Below, piece by piece: positions 13,776-27,839 of a DNA stretch of 64,000 bases. The first letter of the stretch is position 1. Each line of letters starts with the position of its first letter. The notes beneath the pieces were generated by a model that saw nothing but the letters and a program-made list of their open reading frames with translations, ran no database searches and was not told the origin of the DNA. The DNA is from Octopus vulgaris. Taxonomy: Eukaryota. The stretch is taken from NCBI GenBank assembly GCA_951406725.2, contig OX597821.1, positions 48,980,001 to 49,044,000 on the forward strand, written 5' to 3'. Made by a program: the position numbers and the translations under genes.

Positions 13776-14175
13776 GTAAGGTGAACAGAAATTATATGGA
13801 GGGAAACATGAAAACTCATCACAGAAAGTGACAATACTTTCTTTGGTAGTTAAGTCTGTTTAGGGACGTCTAGAAGAGTGCTTATAGCTCTGGGGGTGCT
13901 GGGGACATAGTTACAGACAGTTGATTTAGTTGCCTCTTATTATCTTCATGAAATATAAATTGTTTCAAGTAATAAATCTTCATATTCAAACATTTCAATT
14001 TAATTGTGGAGAAATATATGAACATCCCAAATTATTACTCTACGCATAGGTTCGGGAATAGAAGTGCACACCCTAAAAATTTTTTGAGATTCATTTGAAA
14101 CCTTACTTTTCTATTGTTGGATTTATTTGAGTCGATTACTGTACAAATGTGATAATGAAATTTGTAATAATAATA

Positions 14176-16370
14176 ATTGATTCGTTTATTGGCCACATGG
14201 AGTTTACATAAAATTACATTAAAACACATACAACATAAAAGACAAACACAGGACGATGCAGTGGTTCGTACAACGTGTAAACTATATAATTAATTATTTT
14301 ATTGGCCAGAAGGGCTCACGTAAAATTACATTAAAAGACGTACAACATAAAAGACAAAAAGAGGACGATACAATGGGTTTTACAACATGTAAACAATATA
14401 ATAACAATTAAAATTAAACAATTTAAAACTCCCAGTAGGGGAGGGGTGCTTTAAGGACCTCGTGGAAAAACCCACAAAAGCCACGGGCGCCTGAACAACA
14501 AGGCAAGGGCCCTTCTCCTTTTATTTACAGGTGCACGCTCAGAATTGATCCTTTCACACTGGCCATTCTTCAAATATTCACCCACCTTTCAACAAACTTG
14601 CTACAAGGCAACGCTTCCCGCTGCACCTTCAACTTCCCTTTCAAGTGAAACTTGAAAAAGTTGATGAGGGCTTGGCCAAAGAGGAAAGTGTCTGTCTTTA
14701 GCCCTTTCAAACGGGTCCACCATACTACCTCTTTCGCTACATCCACTAGGCAAATAAAAAAATTGCCTGCCCCTCCCGGCCAAAAGAGGGTGGCGGGGCA
14801 ATCCTCACAATGGATTCAGCTGATAAAGGGATTCGTCCAACACGCGACAGCGGTGTTCAACATAAACCCACAGGTCAGCAATACTCCGACCTGGACTAGG
14901 GCTTGCAGAACGGTTTCATCGTTCTAGGCGCACCTCGGCCCGTCTGACGGCACTTCTGTGCCTGTAAAGTTTATCTCGAATAGGCAGCGCCCCTAGGTAG
15001 CACTGCCAGGCAAGGGATTTCTGGAAATTATCCATACGCCCAGGCCCGAAATTCTCTGAGACAGACCGGTTATTTGATCTTCATCGATACCCAGAGTTTC
15101 CCTGAGAACTTTCCCTCTACTAGCGCTATATAGAACGCTAGAGTAGAACTACTACCGACCACATTGCCTGCCTGGCGGAGGGTTGTGAGCACTTGACAGC
15201 GCTCGAGGTGCCGAGCGCCCCTCCTCGGTCTACACCTAATCCAGGATTGCAACTCAGTCAAAGAGACGAGCTGTGGAAAAGCGTGTCTTACAAACGGTGA
15301 CCACACCTGCTCACCGTCAAAGAAACTCTGGAGATGCCGCAACCTCAGAACATGCCTGTGCATCAGTAACCACGACATGCCCAGCCATCCATTCAGCGGC
15401 TGTTGAAAGCAAATGGAGCGCCTGACCAGTGGAACGCGCTACTTCCACAGAAAGCGGAAGAGTAAGAGTACCGGCTTGGTCAACCAGCAAACAGGGCAAG
15501 GTACGACAGTCAAGCGGTAATAGATGATGGATGCGATGTACGCATTCGCCACCTCCGCTCGACATTTCAGGGACAGCTTTCTCTCGGACAATTTCTGTGT
15601 GACTCTGCTCGTCACCTCGTCCCAGTTCTTCTCCACCTGGGAGTCCGGACCAAACCAAACTCCGAGCAACTTAACGGGACCGTCTGTTCAGCGCCCCACT
15701 ACGCTATTGGACGGCATGGATTTGTCTCTCCAGGTGCTGAGTTGCAAGCCCACTGACTTTTCCGCGTTAATTTTAGCTTCTGTCACCACTTCATATTCCT
15801 GTAGTGTTTCGCCAATCAGGTCTATATGCCTGTGGTTCGACACTATGACGGTGACATCATCACCGTAAGCAGATACGCTTCTGTCGCATCCTAGATCATG
15901 CGGGACACCCCTCAAAGCCTTCAACTTCCGCAGTAATGGCTCAAGAGTTAGTACACAGAGAAAGAAGGAGAGAGGGTACCCTTGACTGGCTGAACGCAAG
16001 ATGCTCAATGGCTCCGACAAGTGAACATTCACCCGATCAGATGCTGCTGTATAAATCAGAGATCCACCCGCGGAAAATTAGACCGAAACCGGCTACCCTG
16101 AGGACAGCTGCCAAGTATTGATGGTCGACCCTATCAAAAGCTTTAGCTTGATCTAAATTTATCAGAGCCCCACCCATGTCAGCTTCCTTACTCACTCTCT
16201 CTATGATGTAGCGCAGAAGATGGAGGTTATCGTGAACACTTCAAGTTTGCGCCTCGCCAACCTGTTTGTCCACGACAAACAGTGTGTCCTCGACAGACAA
16301 AAGTGGGAATTCTCCCATTTTGCTGCCAGTTGCAGTAGGCGTTTGCTAAGAGGCTCGCAAAAAGGGTTGA
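14176..16370 (-). mobile_element. Tx1/L1-group LINE, 5'-truncated
   Basis: QGYPLS, SAYGDDVTV, INAEKSVG, ALINLDQAKAFDRVDH; closely similar to 61600-63330; 3' end with AATAAA and (TTA)n. Confidence 0.88.
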
Positions 16371-16399
16371 CGTAACTCTTCACAAAGGTAAATAGACAA

Positions 16400-17720
16400 T
16401 ACGAAGAGCGCAAATGGTTGAACGATGTTTCAACTGCTAGCGTGTCATTGTGAAGTTGAAAATGAAAATTCAAAATTATAGTAATTCACATCCAAAATAT
16501 AAATTAGAGCAACTAGCGTCTCCACGTTGATGGAATGACATCATCAGGCTTCAAATTTCGACTTTACAAATAGCAAAAAGAAAAAGAAAGAAAAGAAAAA
16601 AGAAAAAGAAAGAAAAGAAAAAAGAAAAGGAAAGTAAAAAAGGAACTGAAAAAGAAGAATATTTATTCTCCTGACATTTTATTCATTCTTTCAGGGCGTG
16701 ATGTTAATAACCCGCAAACATATTTCTCCTCATGTATTTTGAGTTATGATTCCTGATGGAATTCACTTGACTCATGTTGTTGCACAATGAACAGGGCTAA
16801 CCTCTCTTGCGGCTGTTTTTCAAGGTACAGTGTGCAGAAACTCCAATGTTAATTTTCTTGGAGTCTGAAGTAGAGGTTAATAGTTCTTTTATATTTTTAT
16901 TCCGTCTAAAAGCTACAATAGGCAGCTGAGGAAATATCTATTTGAAACGAGGATATTTTTCAGCAACATGTTGGTAACTGTAATGTAACACTTTTGAAAT
17001 GCTATACTGTACTTTGTTTGCTTAAATTATACGTGAAAGTTTGAATTTCTTTGCTAATCTTAGCTATGTCATTTTGCTATTTTCTTTAATCGTGATTCAC
17101 TGTAACCGCGTTTGACATTGTTATAAACCCAAACTCGAATATCAAAGTTTAAAAGGTTTTAATTGACTGAAAATACACCAATATACATTACAAACAAAGA
17201 TTGCTAAATTGTAAGCAAAACCAAACTTCAACGCAATAATATTTTTATGCACCGAGTTGCTACATTCTAGACTAACTAAAATCAACGCTGAACACGTCGT
17301 CTGCAAACAGAACTCCGCGCAGTCGCACTGCAGACATATAGCAGTAATCAAAATCACGTGATCATAACTAATATCACAACAGACATAATGATGTACCAAA
17401 GCATTTACATATTTCCAGTAATCCTCTATGTCAGTACAAATCCGTTTTATCCTCAAAAATTGGGATTTCGGATTTGACCGAACTATATGATGTCGATCGT
17501 CGGAGTGGCGCTGGAGGTAAATGTGGGATGATGTGGGTTGCAATTTTGAAAAAGACTTGAAAGTATATATTCTTAGAAAATATTCTGAATCTGCTACATT
17601 TTCAGTACTCAAGATGCATGAGGAGAAATATGTTTGCAGGTTATTAACATCACGCCCTGGAGGAATGAAAAGAAGACAAGAAAATTTCATCATATTTACA
17701 CAAAACTGCTTGATTAAATA
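16400..17720. mobile_element. Rearranged Penelope-like remnants
   Basis: YLQRHSD..SNPKSQFLRIKRIC (PLE RT C-terminus, minus strand); 16660-16745 is an inverted copy of 17605-17690; decayed hammerhead at 16508-16550. Confidence 0.7.
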
Positions 17721-20700
17721 TTCTTTTTCCTTTGCATTTTTCTCTGAGTGTGTCTGTGTGTGTATGGGTTTTTGTGACTATGTACTGTGTCTCCATATGT
17801 GTGGACATGTGTCTCCATATGTGCCCTTGGGTGAAATGAAGTACACGTGTATGGTCATGTGTTTCAGTCTTCATTTCGCATGTATGCTTGACTGTTCATG
17901 TTACCTATGTATTTTATCCGTCTGTATGTCTATCTGTTTACTTTACTTTCATATCCATTTGGCTACATACATCTGCATATACATATACAGATATATACAC
18001 ACACATACATACATCTACATAACAGCCCACTGACTGTTCTACCTAAATATAAACTGTGGGTATGGGGGTATGATTATCTACTACGTATATTTCCTACTTA
18101 GTACTGGGGATGTTTCATTTGTGAGGACGTGCTTCTGTATATGTGTTGGGTCCTTTGGGTGCTTGGACAAAATTCGGATGTCAAGTTCACCCAGGTTGCC
18201 TCCATGTTGGTCCTTGGCATGTTGGTAGAGTATGTAGGACTGTTCTTTGTCATCATATTGTCTCAAATGTTCATTTAGTCTTTCCGCAATGCTCTTAGAT
18301 GTCTCCCCTATGTATGTCATGTTCATGTCTTTACAAGCACTTTCTATGCATCTTATGCTGTAGACTACATTTCTAGTTCTACAGTTAAAGCCATGTCTAA
18401 TCCTACATACCATGCAGTTGTCATTGGTGCATATGGTATTCTTAAAGGGGTACGTCCTACATAGTTGTGATCTGATGGAGTTCCCTTGCTTTTCAACAAT
18501 CTTAATGCTCAATTTGGTCTCCTTCAGAGCTTTTCTAAATATGCAGGCTAGTTCTCTATGGGTTGTGGCCTCTACAAACAGAACTCCTTGATATTTGTCG
18601 GTTTTATACCACGTGACCACCCTGTTTGCTTTGTCACAAGCTCTCTGTATCTTATTCTAATCTTTGCTTCTATATCTAGGGCAGGTATCACTGGTTTCAT
18701 TATATATAATGTTATCTAACTTCTTTCTAGCCCCCCTGTATACTCGAGCCCTATCTTTCTGTTCATATCCAGAGAACTGCGTGCGGTGCATGAAGTTATG
18801 TACATGTTTCTTCGTTTCATAGGATTTGCATACTGGGGACACGTTGATCATTATCCTAAGTCTGCTATCAGTATGCTAATTTTCATGTGTGACAAAGCTG
18901 AGTTTTTGTGAACAACATATTTCGAAGCTATGGATTTCATGTAATAGGAGTGGAGGAGCTGCACTCGCTTGTTCAGTTTCTAACCAAACTTCAGTATTAA
19001 GGATAGGAAAGCTATTGTTGGGGTGCCTAGTGGAGTAATCTATAGTTACCTTGATACTTTGGTGGATGGAGTTAGCTATTTATTGGATGCTCTCCATTAT
19101 GTCCTTCTCAGTTTCTGCATTACCGTTACTAGAATTGGTCTTAACTAGGATATTTATGTCATCTACACACCTATTGTAAAGTAGAAGAGTTGTGTACTGT
19201 TCTAAAGATTGCTTAAGTTTTCTGTCCCACCAGGTCCCGAAGAGGCCGGTCACATCTCCAGCTCCACCGACACTATTGGCAGCACCTTGAACCTGCATGT
19301 ATAGTTTCTTATTAAACTTTATTATGTGGTTCTTCAAGGTAGTTCTTACGCTAGCCCCTATTACATGTGCAATCATTCCTTTAACCTGATTGTTGTTCTC
19401 GGGGTTTTGGGTAGGTACAGTCCAGCCACTCCAGTGCTCTGAGGTGCTTTTCTTCACTGCTGAGGTGATGGTGGGTGGTCTTCCCCTCTGTATCCTGGTG
19501 GGGCAGAATCTACTGAGGTCATGGTCGTCTAAATAGCCACTGTCGTAGCTTAGTCTACGGAGGAGGTCTAGTTCCATCGTGTTGACCTCACGGAACTCTA
19601 CTTCACTCTCACAGATTATCTCAATGCATTTCTCCACAGCAAAATCTATGTCTATAGATGGGTAGAGTGAAATTACATCCATACGACCCACTACACAACA
19701 TGTGAGGTCGCTGGAGTGGTTGCAAGTACTGATTTTACTGAGGAGATCCTTCATGCTCACACAGACATCTGGAGACATTTCTATGAGAGGTCGTAATACC
19801 TGCGAGAGGAAGTAGGACAGTCTATAATTGCTGGAGATATTCGCTCCGCAAAGTGGTCGGGTTGGAGGCCTCATGACAGGGTTTACATAGGGTTTATGGT
19901 CTTTGCGTAACCTGTATAGTGAAGGAGCATCATTGTTGGATGCTTGGAAATTGTGTAAGTTCTGTTTCTAAGGTTGGAGTATGTTGCGCCACGTTCCCAT
20001 GTGTGCATTGAGGAGTTTTTCCACTCTTTCATGCTCCTGTGGTGCAACTTCTCTCATGATACTGATGTGTTGTTGTATGGTCTGGACATAGTTCTGTCTA
20101 TTGACTGTCTGCCAGACTTGTCTGTAGGAAGGCACACTAATTCCCTGTTCCTAATCCGCTATTTCAGTTTTTGTAGGCCTTTAGCAACAGATGAACTGAG
20201 TTGGTGGGTCTCTCCTCATTGTTTTTTAGTGGATTTGTTGTACCGGTCTAAGATGTATCGGAGTTTATTTCTAGCTAAGGAGATCTTTGCTTGTTTCACT
20301 GTCAATTTGTTAAAGGGTAAGTCTGTGGGGTGGATCCTCGTCATGTCATAAGATTTGTTGTTAGGTTATAGAAGACAGGGTGTCGAGTGCTATTATCGTT
20401 GTGGTTGTTGTTGTTGTTGTTATAGTTGCTGGCATTGTTGTTGCTACTGGTGGTGGTGGTGGTGGTAGTGCTTCTGTTGTGCCCATTGTTGTTGTTATTG
20501 TTGTGGGTTGTATTGGTGTTGAAGTGAGGGGTGTTGCTGGTAGTGGTGTGGATGATGTGGTTGGTATTGTTGTTGTCTGTGTGTGGGACGTTGTTGTCAT
20601 TATTGCTGTTGTTATTATCATCGTTTTTGTTGTTACTATTATAATAGCTGTTTCGGTTTCGTATGCTTGTGTTTTTGTTGTTATAGTTGTTTGAGTGGAG

Positions 20701-20944
20701 AATGTCGTGGTTATCATTAATGTTTTATTGTTATTGCCACTATTGTTGTTGTCATATGTTTGTGTTGTTGTTGTTGTTGTATTGTCATGACCGCCATCTT
20801 AATTTTAAGGCTGTTTTTTTCAATTTGAGATAGACAATCAATTTTTCTGACCTTTTATATGCGGCGAATTTTGATGGTAACTCTAAAGCATGCATTTCCT
20901 CTGTATCTAGCTGTACTGCACCGTATATTCCAAAAGTGCAATTT

Positions 20945-20995
<51 letters not shown>

Positions 20996-21225
20996 CTGCT
21001 GCTGGCGGTGGAGATATTGTTTTTCGGTGCCCTGGCGCTGAAGTCCTCTGGTAGTTTACATTCTGACATGACAATCCCCTCGATACTGTTTGGGTATTTG
21101 TATTGATTCTTACCATGCTGAGATCGTTGTTGTTGCTGTTTCATCCACTTGAGTTTATTGTTGAAGTGTTTGTTACAGGCATGGTTTTCTTGTTGGATGT
21201 TTGTCATGATTCTGTCTCTTTCGTG

Positions 21226-21600
21226 TCATCATCATCATTGTTCGACCGTGGTCGAGACAATGGAATTTACCATGCTACGCCAGACTTCACGGTCCATCAT
21301 GGCATTACGGAGGTCCTGTTGCTGGATGCCTGTATCCCTGGAGATTACATCAGGGTAGGAGAGTGTGCGCCCTCTGGTATTGCGAGTAGATGGCTTCCAG
21401 AGGAGAAGAGTAGAAATTCCTCTTTTTCAGCTCTACAACAATGTCCAGCAAACTGGACTCTCCTACCCTTCACAAGAGATGACACAGGTGGTAGTTTCCC
21501 ATATATTTGCATTTTGGTTGGATGGCTCTCATAAGGAGGCGAATGTAGGTTCCATCCAACCGCCTCTCAAGCTTCTTTGATAACGTCCAGGTTTCTGAGC
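21226..21600 (-). mobile_element. RTE LINE 3' fragment nested in the Penelope element
   Basis: Minus strand RRVQFAGHCCRAEKE...SYPDVISRDTGIQQQDLRNAMMDREVWRSMV followed by a (TGA)n tail. Confidence 0.75.
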
Positions 21601-22045
21601 CAGGTTTCTTTCGTGTGGTGTAGTGGTGTTTTTTAGTTCATGCAGCAGGACTCCCTTTCGTTTCTGGTATTGGTTGATTTCTGTATATATTTTCTTTTTG
21701 ATGTTTTGTATCGTCGTGTGTTTTAGTTTTCTTGCTTGATGTCCTCTGAGTCCTAGCCGCCTGACAGCCGAATTGACAGATTTCGTGTATAGCTTGACGG
21801 AGATGCATGTTTTAATGAAGAAGAGCTATTTTGATTTTTAGATACCAGAACACGGTGTTTCTCAGCGTCTTGCTAGCTTGGCCAAAGCTTATTTTATTTC
21901 GTTTTGGGAGTTGGTTTTCAAGATTCTTTATGTGAGTTCGTGTATTGAAGCATATTCTGTTGTGTCTGGGGAGAGTCGTTCTCTTTTAGAGCCTTATAAT
22001 TTAAACACACTCACCGGTAAAATTTCCACTCATTTATTTATTTTT

Positions 22046-22083
22046 CTAAAAATTTTCGTTGCGTCTTGCAACCTTTTCAATAG
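22046..22083 (-). ncRNA. Minimal type I hammerhead-like motif, U3-A8 core
   Basis: cta UUGAAAA g gttgc-aagac-gcaac GAAA att UU tag; stem I only 3 bp and stem III imperfect. Confidence 0.55.
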
Positions 22084-22251
22084 TTGTTGACTCTGTCCGT
22101 TATTCAAGCTGCGTTCTTTTTGTTTGTTTGTGCGTATGTGTGTGGATCAGTGTACGTGCGCATACATATGTATGTATCTATGCATGTATGTGTGTGCGTA
22201 TGTATCTGAACTAGGTAGTAATCAGTCCCTTATTATTATTATTATTATTAT

Positions 22252-22309
<58 letters not shown>

Positions 22310-24670
22310 TTTCTTTGTCACAGGTTTTGTTTGTTGAAGCTCCTGGAGTCTTACATGCGGCGGAGCGGGCTTGCTACCTGCAGCCTACGGTACCCAGCTA
22401 TTCGCTTTTTTCAGCTAATACTTTCATGATTATTGGTCGTGCCAAGGAGGCAAACCTTTTGTAACAGTTCTACTGGGCACTCTATTCCAAATTCCTTTAT
22501 ATTCCTCTTGATGACTTCTCATACTGTTCCCAAGGACCCAACAATAATTGGCACTATCTTTACTTTCTTCATTTTCCATAGCCGGGCTATTTCGTACTTG
22601 AGAGGGTTGTATCTATCTATCTTTTCGTCTTCCTTCTTGACTATTCGTGGGTCAGATGGTCTTGCAACATCAACTATATAGCATATGTGGTGCACCTTTC
22701 CACCACCACCACCACCACTAGGTCCGGTCTTTTATAATCTAACACCTGATCTGTTTGGATTGGGAAATCCCAGAGGATTTTGCTAGTCTCCGACTCGGCC
22801 ACTCTCTGCGGTCTGTGCTCATACCACACCTTTTCTCTCTCTAGCCCCCACTTTTCGCACAGTTTCCAATATAGCACTATCCCCACCTGGTTGTGTCGCC
22901 ACAACTTGTAGCGGTTTTGGGCAGGTTTAGGGCATTCGTTCGTGATATGGACAATGGTTTCATCCACTCCATTGCAGATACGACATAGTAAAGACACTTG
23001 CTCATTCCCAAGGTTGACCCTCCAGTTCGTGGCCAAAGCTTGGTCCTGTGCTGCCAGTATAGTGCTTTTGGTCTCTTTTTAAGGGTTCTTTACATCAGCC
23101 AACACCACCTATTTTTCCCTGAAACTTCTGTTGCGGCTACATGGATCTACATTGTGTAGTCCCTTCTCGCGTATTTGTTTTGTACTCCTTTTCTTATTTC
23201 CCTTTTTTTCTGCTCGCAATACTCCCTCATTCCTAACTGTCACTAGCAAGCTTTCCTTACTTTGGGCTAGGTATTAAGTTTTCGAGTTTGATACGCATGC
23301 GGTCTTCCACACTTATTAGTCCCCTTCCTCTATTTGCTCTCTTCATGTATAGGCGATCAGTGTCTGCACGTGGATGATGGGCTCCATGCATCGTTAGAAG
23401 CTTTCTTGACTTGCTGTCCAACCCCTTTAGCTTCTCCTTTGTCCGCTTCAGGATTCCAGCACCATGACGAACTACTATGACTGTTTGTGAGCTTGTTGCC
23501 GAAATTATGTTTCGGGCATTCAACTTTGAAGTCAGTATTTTTCTTACTTGCCGCAGGTACTCTCCTTTTGTCTTTTCCTTCATGTTGTAGTGTTTGATTC
23601 CATCTGCCTCGGGTATTCCCAGGTATTTATAGCTGGATTGAGGTTGAATTCCCTTCATTATTTCACTACTTGATAGCCATACACCTCCTGACCTAGCAAG
23701 CTTTCCTCGTCTCATCACCATCGTAGCACATTTTGAGAGTCGAAAGTCCATCTTCATAACATTGGGGAAATCCGTACAGACTGGACTAGGCTGTCCAGTT
23801 CTGCCTCAGTTTTTGTGAATAGCTTCAGGTCGTCCATGCATAGCAAGTGGTTTAGTTTTCCCTTGCCTCTTTACAGATCATACTTTGTTTTCACTCAAGG
23901 GGATCATTCCCAGCACGAATATCAGTGGGGACACACTATTTCCCTGGAAGATTTCTCTCACCTCTCTTAGTACTTGCTTCCCTGCTGTCAGTTCCATCCT
24001 CCAGCATTTCATACTATTCCGTATAAGGCTTCTTATATTCTCTGCTACTCCATAATTTCCATTGTTCTTATTATCCAGAGTGTGGCATCATATCATATGT
24101 TCTGCGATAATCAGCCCATACCATGCTCAGGTTTTTATGTCTTCTCTTGCAATTCCTGATAATTATATTATCAATTAAGAGTTCTCTGGCTCCTTTGTCG
24201 GCACCCTTTCTGTTCAATGGGTAGCAGTCCACTTTTTTTCAAGTATCTGTACAGTTCACCGACCAAAGCACTTGACATTAGCTTCCATATTAGCGGAAGG
24301 CATGTTATTGGTCTAAAGTTGGGTGCAGCATTTCCCTTTTCAGGATCTTTGGCACATAACAATGTCTATCCCTTTGTCATCCATTTGGGTACTGTACCTT
24401 CCTGCAAGCACTCATCTGGCTGTTGTGCTATCCTTTCATGGAACCCTGTCAGCTTCTTCATCCAAAAACCATGGACCCCATCCGGTCCTGGGCTCTTCTA
24501 ATTTGGGAATTTTCTTTACTTTTTAATCATTTCTGTTGTTATCTTTGTCTTCTTGGATTTCTATATTTCTTAACCTATCTTGAGCTGCGCATATGACTGC
24601 TTCTGTCTCTATCTTCAGGCCCCTCCTCTTCATCCGTAGCCACTGGTCCTCTGTATCTGTCTTCGTGTTC
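22310..24670 (-). mobile_element. R4/Dong-like (RLE-type) LINE, 5'-truncated
   Basis: NFRPITCLP, QGNSVSPLIF, HLLCMDDLKLF, YKYLGI, CRIC..ETIVHITNECP zinc knuckle, ILWDFPIQTD..KRPDLVVV restriction-like endonuclease; (TTA)n on both flanks. Confidence 0.9.
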
Positions 24671-24676
24671 ACATTA

Positions 24677-24755
<79 letters not shown>

Positions 24756-25231
24756 TTTATTTTATTTATTTTTATTTTTATGATTTCTATGTTTGTTTTG
24801 ATACTAAGATTGAAAAATCGATCTTGTTTCTAAAGAATTTGAACCTGGGTTTGCAACTATCTTGACAAATTTTGTTTCTTGCACCTATTACTCTACGGAA
24901 AAGTGGGCTTAGTCACATAACTTTATTAAGTGTCGGTCAAGTTGATAGATATCGGACTAGTGATCAACATGTCATCGATTCTTCTCCACCATTGCTGAAT
25001 ATATACACTTGCAAAAGTGTATGTGGACAGGCGTCATGCGAAGTTATTCGTTGCATCAGTATCCAATATGGAGATGATGTAAAGGTTATGTTTCAGTAAC
25101 GTAATGTGAAACTGAAAAACATTCCCTGGATAAAATTTCTGACAGACACCGCTTAATAAAGACGTATATCGACCAATAGCTACTGTGAGTTCTGTGTTGT
25201 ATTCCTGTAGACCATATTATATCTTTTTATA

Positions 25232-25533
25232 ATTTACTTGTTTCAGTCATTGGACTGCGGCTATGCAGTCTAATTGAATGAATCGATTCCAGTACTTCTG
25301 TTAAGCCTAGTTCTTATTCTACCGGTCTCTTTTGCCAAGCCGCTAGGGTTACGTGAACGCAAACACACACATGATGGGCTTCTTTCAGTTTCCATCTACC
25401 AAATCCACCTACAAGGCTTTAATCGACCTCAGACTACAGCAGAAGACACCTACCCAAGGTGCCACGAAGTGGGACTGAACCTGGATCCATGTGTTGGAAA
25501 GCAAACCGCTTACCACACAGCCACGCCTGCACC
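25232..25533 (-). mobile_element. tRNA-derived SINE (family also at about 350-480, 30340-30500, 39553-39940)
   Basis: tttacttgtttcagtcatt...gtgggactgaacctgga...ccacacagccacgcctgc shared among copies. Confidence 0.85.
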
Positions 25534-25625
25534 TTACTATATCACTACTATTATAAATTTAAATACATCTTATTCTTTGAAATAGAGTTTATTACTTGTG
25601 TAAAACCATTTCTTTATGCCTGTAG

Positions 25626-25802
25626 GGTTTATCAACCAAATGTATCACATTCTACTACAATATGCATGGTATATCTATGGGAACATTGAATGTGTATGTG
25701 AAAAACTCAACAGGTCCTCACCTTGTATGGACAAAATCCAACAATCAAGGCCCAATCTGGCATTATGCTACAATCGATTTCACATCGATATCTCCCTTCC
25801 AG
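25626..25802 (+). CDS. Multi-MAM protein exon (MAM 2)
   Basis: ctgtAG / GTaaat; phase 0/0; GLSTKCITFYYNMHGISMGTLNVYVK...NQGPIWHYATIDFTSISPFQ. Confidence 0.94.
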
Positions 25803-26252
25803 GTAAATCTTCAAATGTTTCATAGTTTTTTCAGTTTTATCTATCGTCTTTCATATTTCGTGTATGTATGTGCATGTTTACGTATGTATGTATGCTTATG
25901 GTGCGTATGCATGCGTATCTTTGCTCGTATATATGCACGTATGTATGTGAATCTATGCACGAGTGCATGTGTGTGCCTATGTGTGTATATATGTGTGTGT
26001 ATGAATGTTGTATTTATATGTGTATATGTATGCATTTGTATGTAAGTAGGCATATGTATCAGGTTGAGTAAAAAGTTCGTTGAGGAAAAAGTTTGTGTTA
26101 AAATATTGCTTTTTTATATATTTTTGTGCTGTGTGTGTTCATTCAGTTCATGTCATGTTCAATGGTGACACGGAGTGCACGAACTTTTTCCTCAGCAAAG
26201 TATATATGTGTATGTGCATGTATGTATGTGTGTATATGTATGTACGTAGTTA

Positions 26253-26295
<43 letters not shown>

Positions 26296-27352
26296 GACAT
26301 AAAGTTCAAACAATATTGTTTAAAAATAGATATATTTTCAGTGAAATATGAAAAAGAATGGAAAGCAATCAATCAAAAAAAAAATTTCCGTTCAAATATT
26401 ACAATATGTTTCTTTTCAAGTGAATTTTAATATATGTATAAATAAGAAAATAAATGAATATATAAATACGTGATCATATAACTAAATAAATACAGATACT
26501 TAAATATAAATCTAGCAAATATTTTTATCTTACAATCGTCGTGTGCTTTAGAAAAGAGACCTGTCAAAACATAAAAGCTAAATGTTATTTTATTGTCTAA
26601 CGTGACTCTATCAATAGTTGTCAACATATCTGTTTTTGTTTGGGACTTCTAATGGACGGTGCTTTTTCTCCTTAGTTTACATAAATCTTATAAAAGTACG
26701 GCAAACAAGAAATATGCTAATGTTGATTCAGTATCTGGAGATCTATTCTTCAATCATGCTCCAACAAATTTACAGCTACAGGCCGACATAATTACTAAAC
26801 TGCACTAGGTATAACTAGGTATAACAAGATATAACGAAGTATGTTGAATAATATTAAAGATACTGGTGCTGTGTACTAATATTCATAGTAGCTTGTGCAA
26901 GGATTGATGTTTATTTATGACTAGCTGGATTAACTTAGCTAATGTTCAATATTTCCTGAAAGTATAACAATAGTAAAGAAACAAATTGCCAAACAATCCA
27001 TCAGATTGCTACTAAACTAACTACTTTCAATATCTCACTTTACATTTAACTTATTTGTCAGTGAATAAAGGAGAGGTTGTACCTTTGCAAGCCCTCTCTG
27101 GTTATTAGCTTCAGTATATAAACAAATAAAGTGTAAGTGTATTTGGATAACTTTGTCCTCCAATAGACGTAACGATGGATTTCTTGATCACTTCTAATCA
27201 TTTGACCGGGCTACCAATGTTTATATCTGCTCCATCAAGTATGTCCTATCAATTAAATAACAATCATTGTCAAATTTACACTTTTACTCTTTAGTGAATT
27301 GTTTTAAGTAATTTATTTTACTTCTGGGATTTCTAACTTATCTCTTTTCTAG

Positions 27353-27437
27353 GTGGTCTTTGAAGGTGTTCGTGGCTACAGTTTTAAAAGCGACATGGCC
27401 TTTGATGATTTTACCCTTGATCCAGGATATTGTATCG
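27353..27437 (+). CDS. Multi-MAM protein exon (end of MAM 2)
   Basis: cttttctAG / GTaaga; phase 0/1; VVFEGVRGYSFKSDMAFDDFTLDPGYCI. Confidence 0.93.
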
Positions 27438-27839
27438 GTAAGACTCTCGTAGTTTCAATAGTTTTCTAGACCGCATTACTGTTGTTGTACATGTCATTGT
27501 AGTGAAAGGTTTTGTACATTGTATTGATGTATTGGAAGTGAGAAACCCACGTTAAATGTTGTGTTGTGTCCTTGGGCAATGAACTTAAGTATACTTGCCA
27601 AGATTGCAACTAATCAATATTGTTTGTAAACTACTGAGGCAGGTAGAGGGGAAATGATAGAACGAGCAAAGTTTCGGATTGTTGGCCGTTAAGACACGAG
27701 AAATCTTGCTGGGAAAATGCAAGTGGGGTTCTGTGCAGAGAGTTTAGAGTTTGGGGTCTTACGGAGAACAAAAGTTTAGTAGCGACAGAAGGGCAGGAGA
27801 ATCGCTCATTCAACTACGGTAGAAGTTGAATTATATTTT

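Larger units (their letters stand above)
18030..22090 (-). mobile_element. Near full-length decayed Penelope-like retroelement (RT plus GIY-YIG)
   Basis: RT motifs DVISLYPSID, LYMQVQG, RCVDDI (19080-19874); GIY-YIG NVVYSIRC...YIGETSKSIAERLNEH (18081-18620); hammerhead-bearing terminus near 22050. Confidence 0.9.

Noticed and set aside
20361-20717. Thr-rich mucin-like ORF
   Set aside because: Low-complexity (ACA/ACC) tract inside the Penelope element; no splice support.
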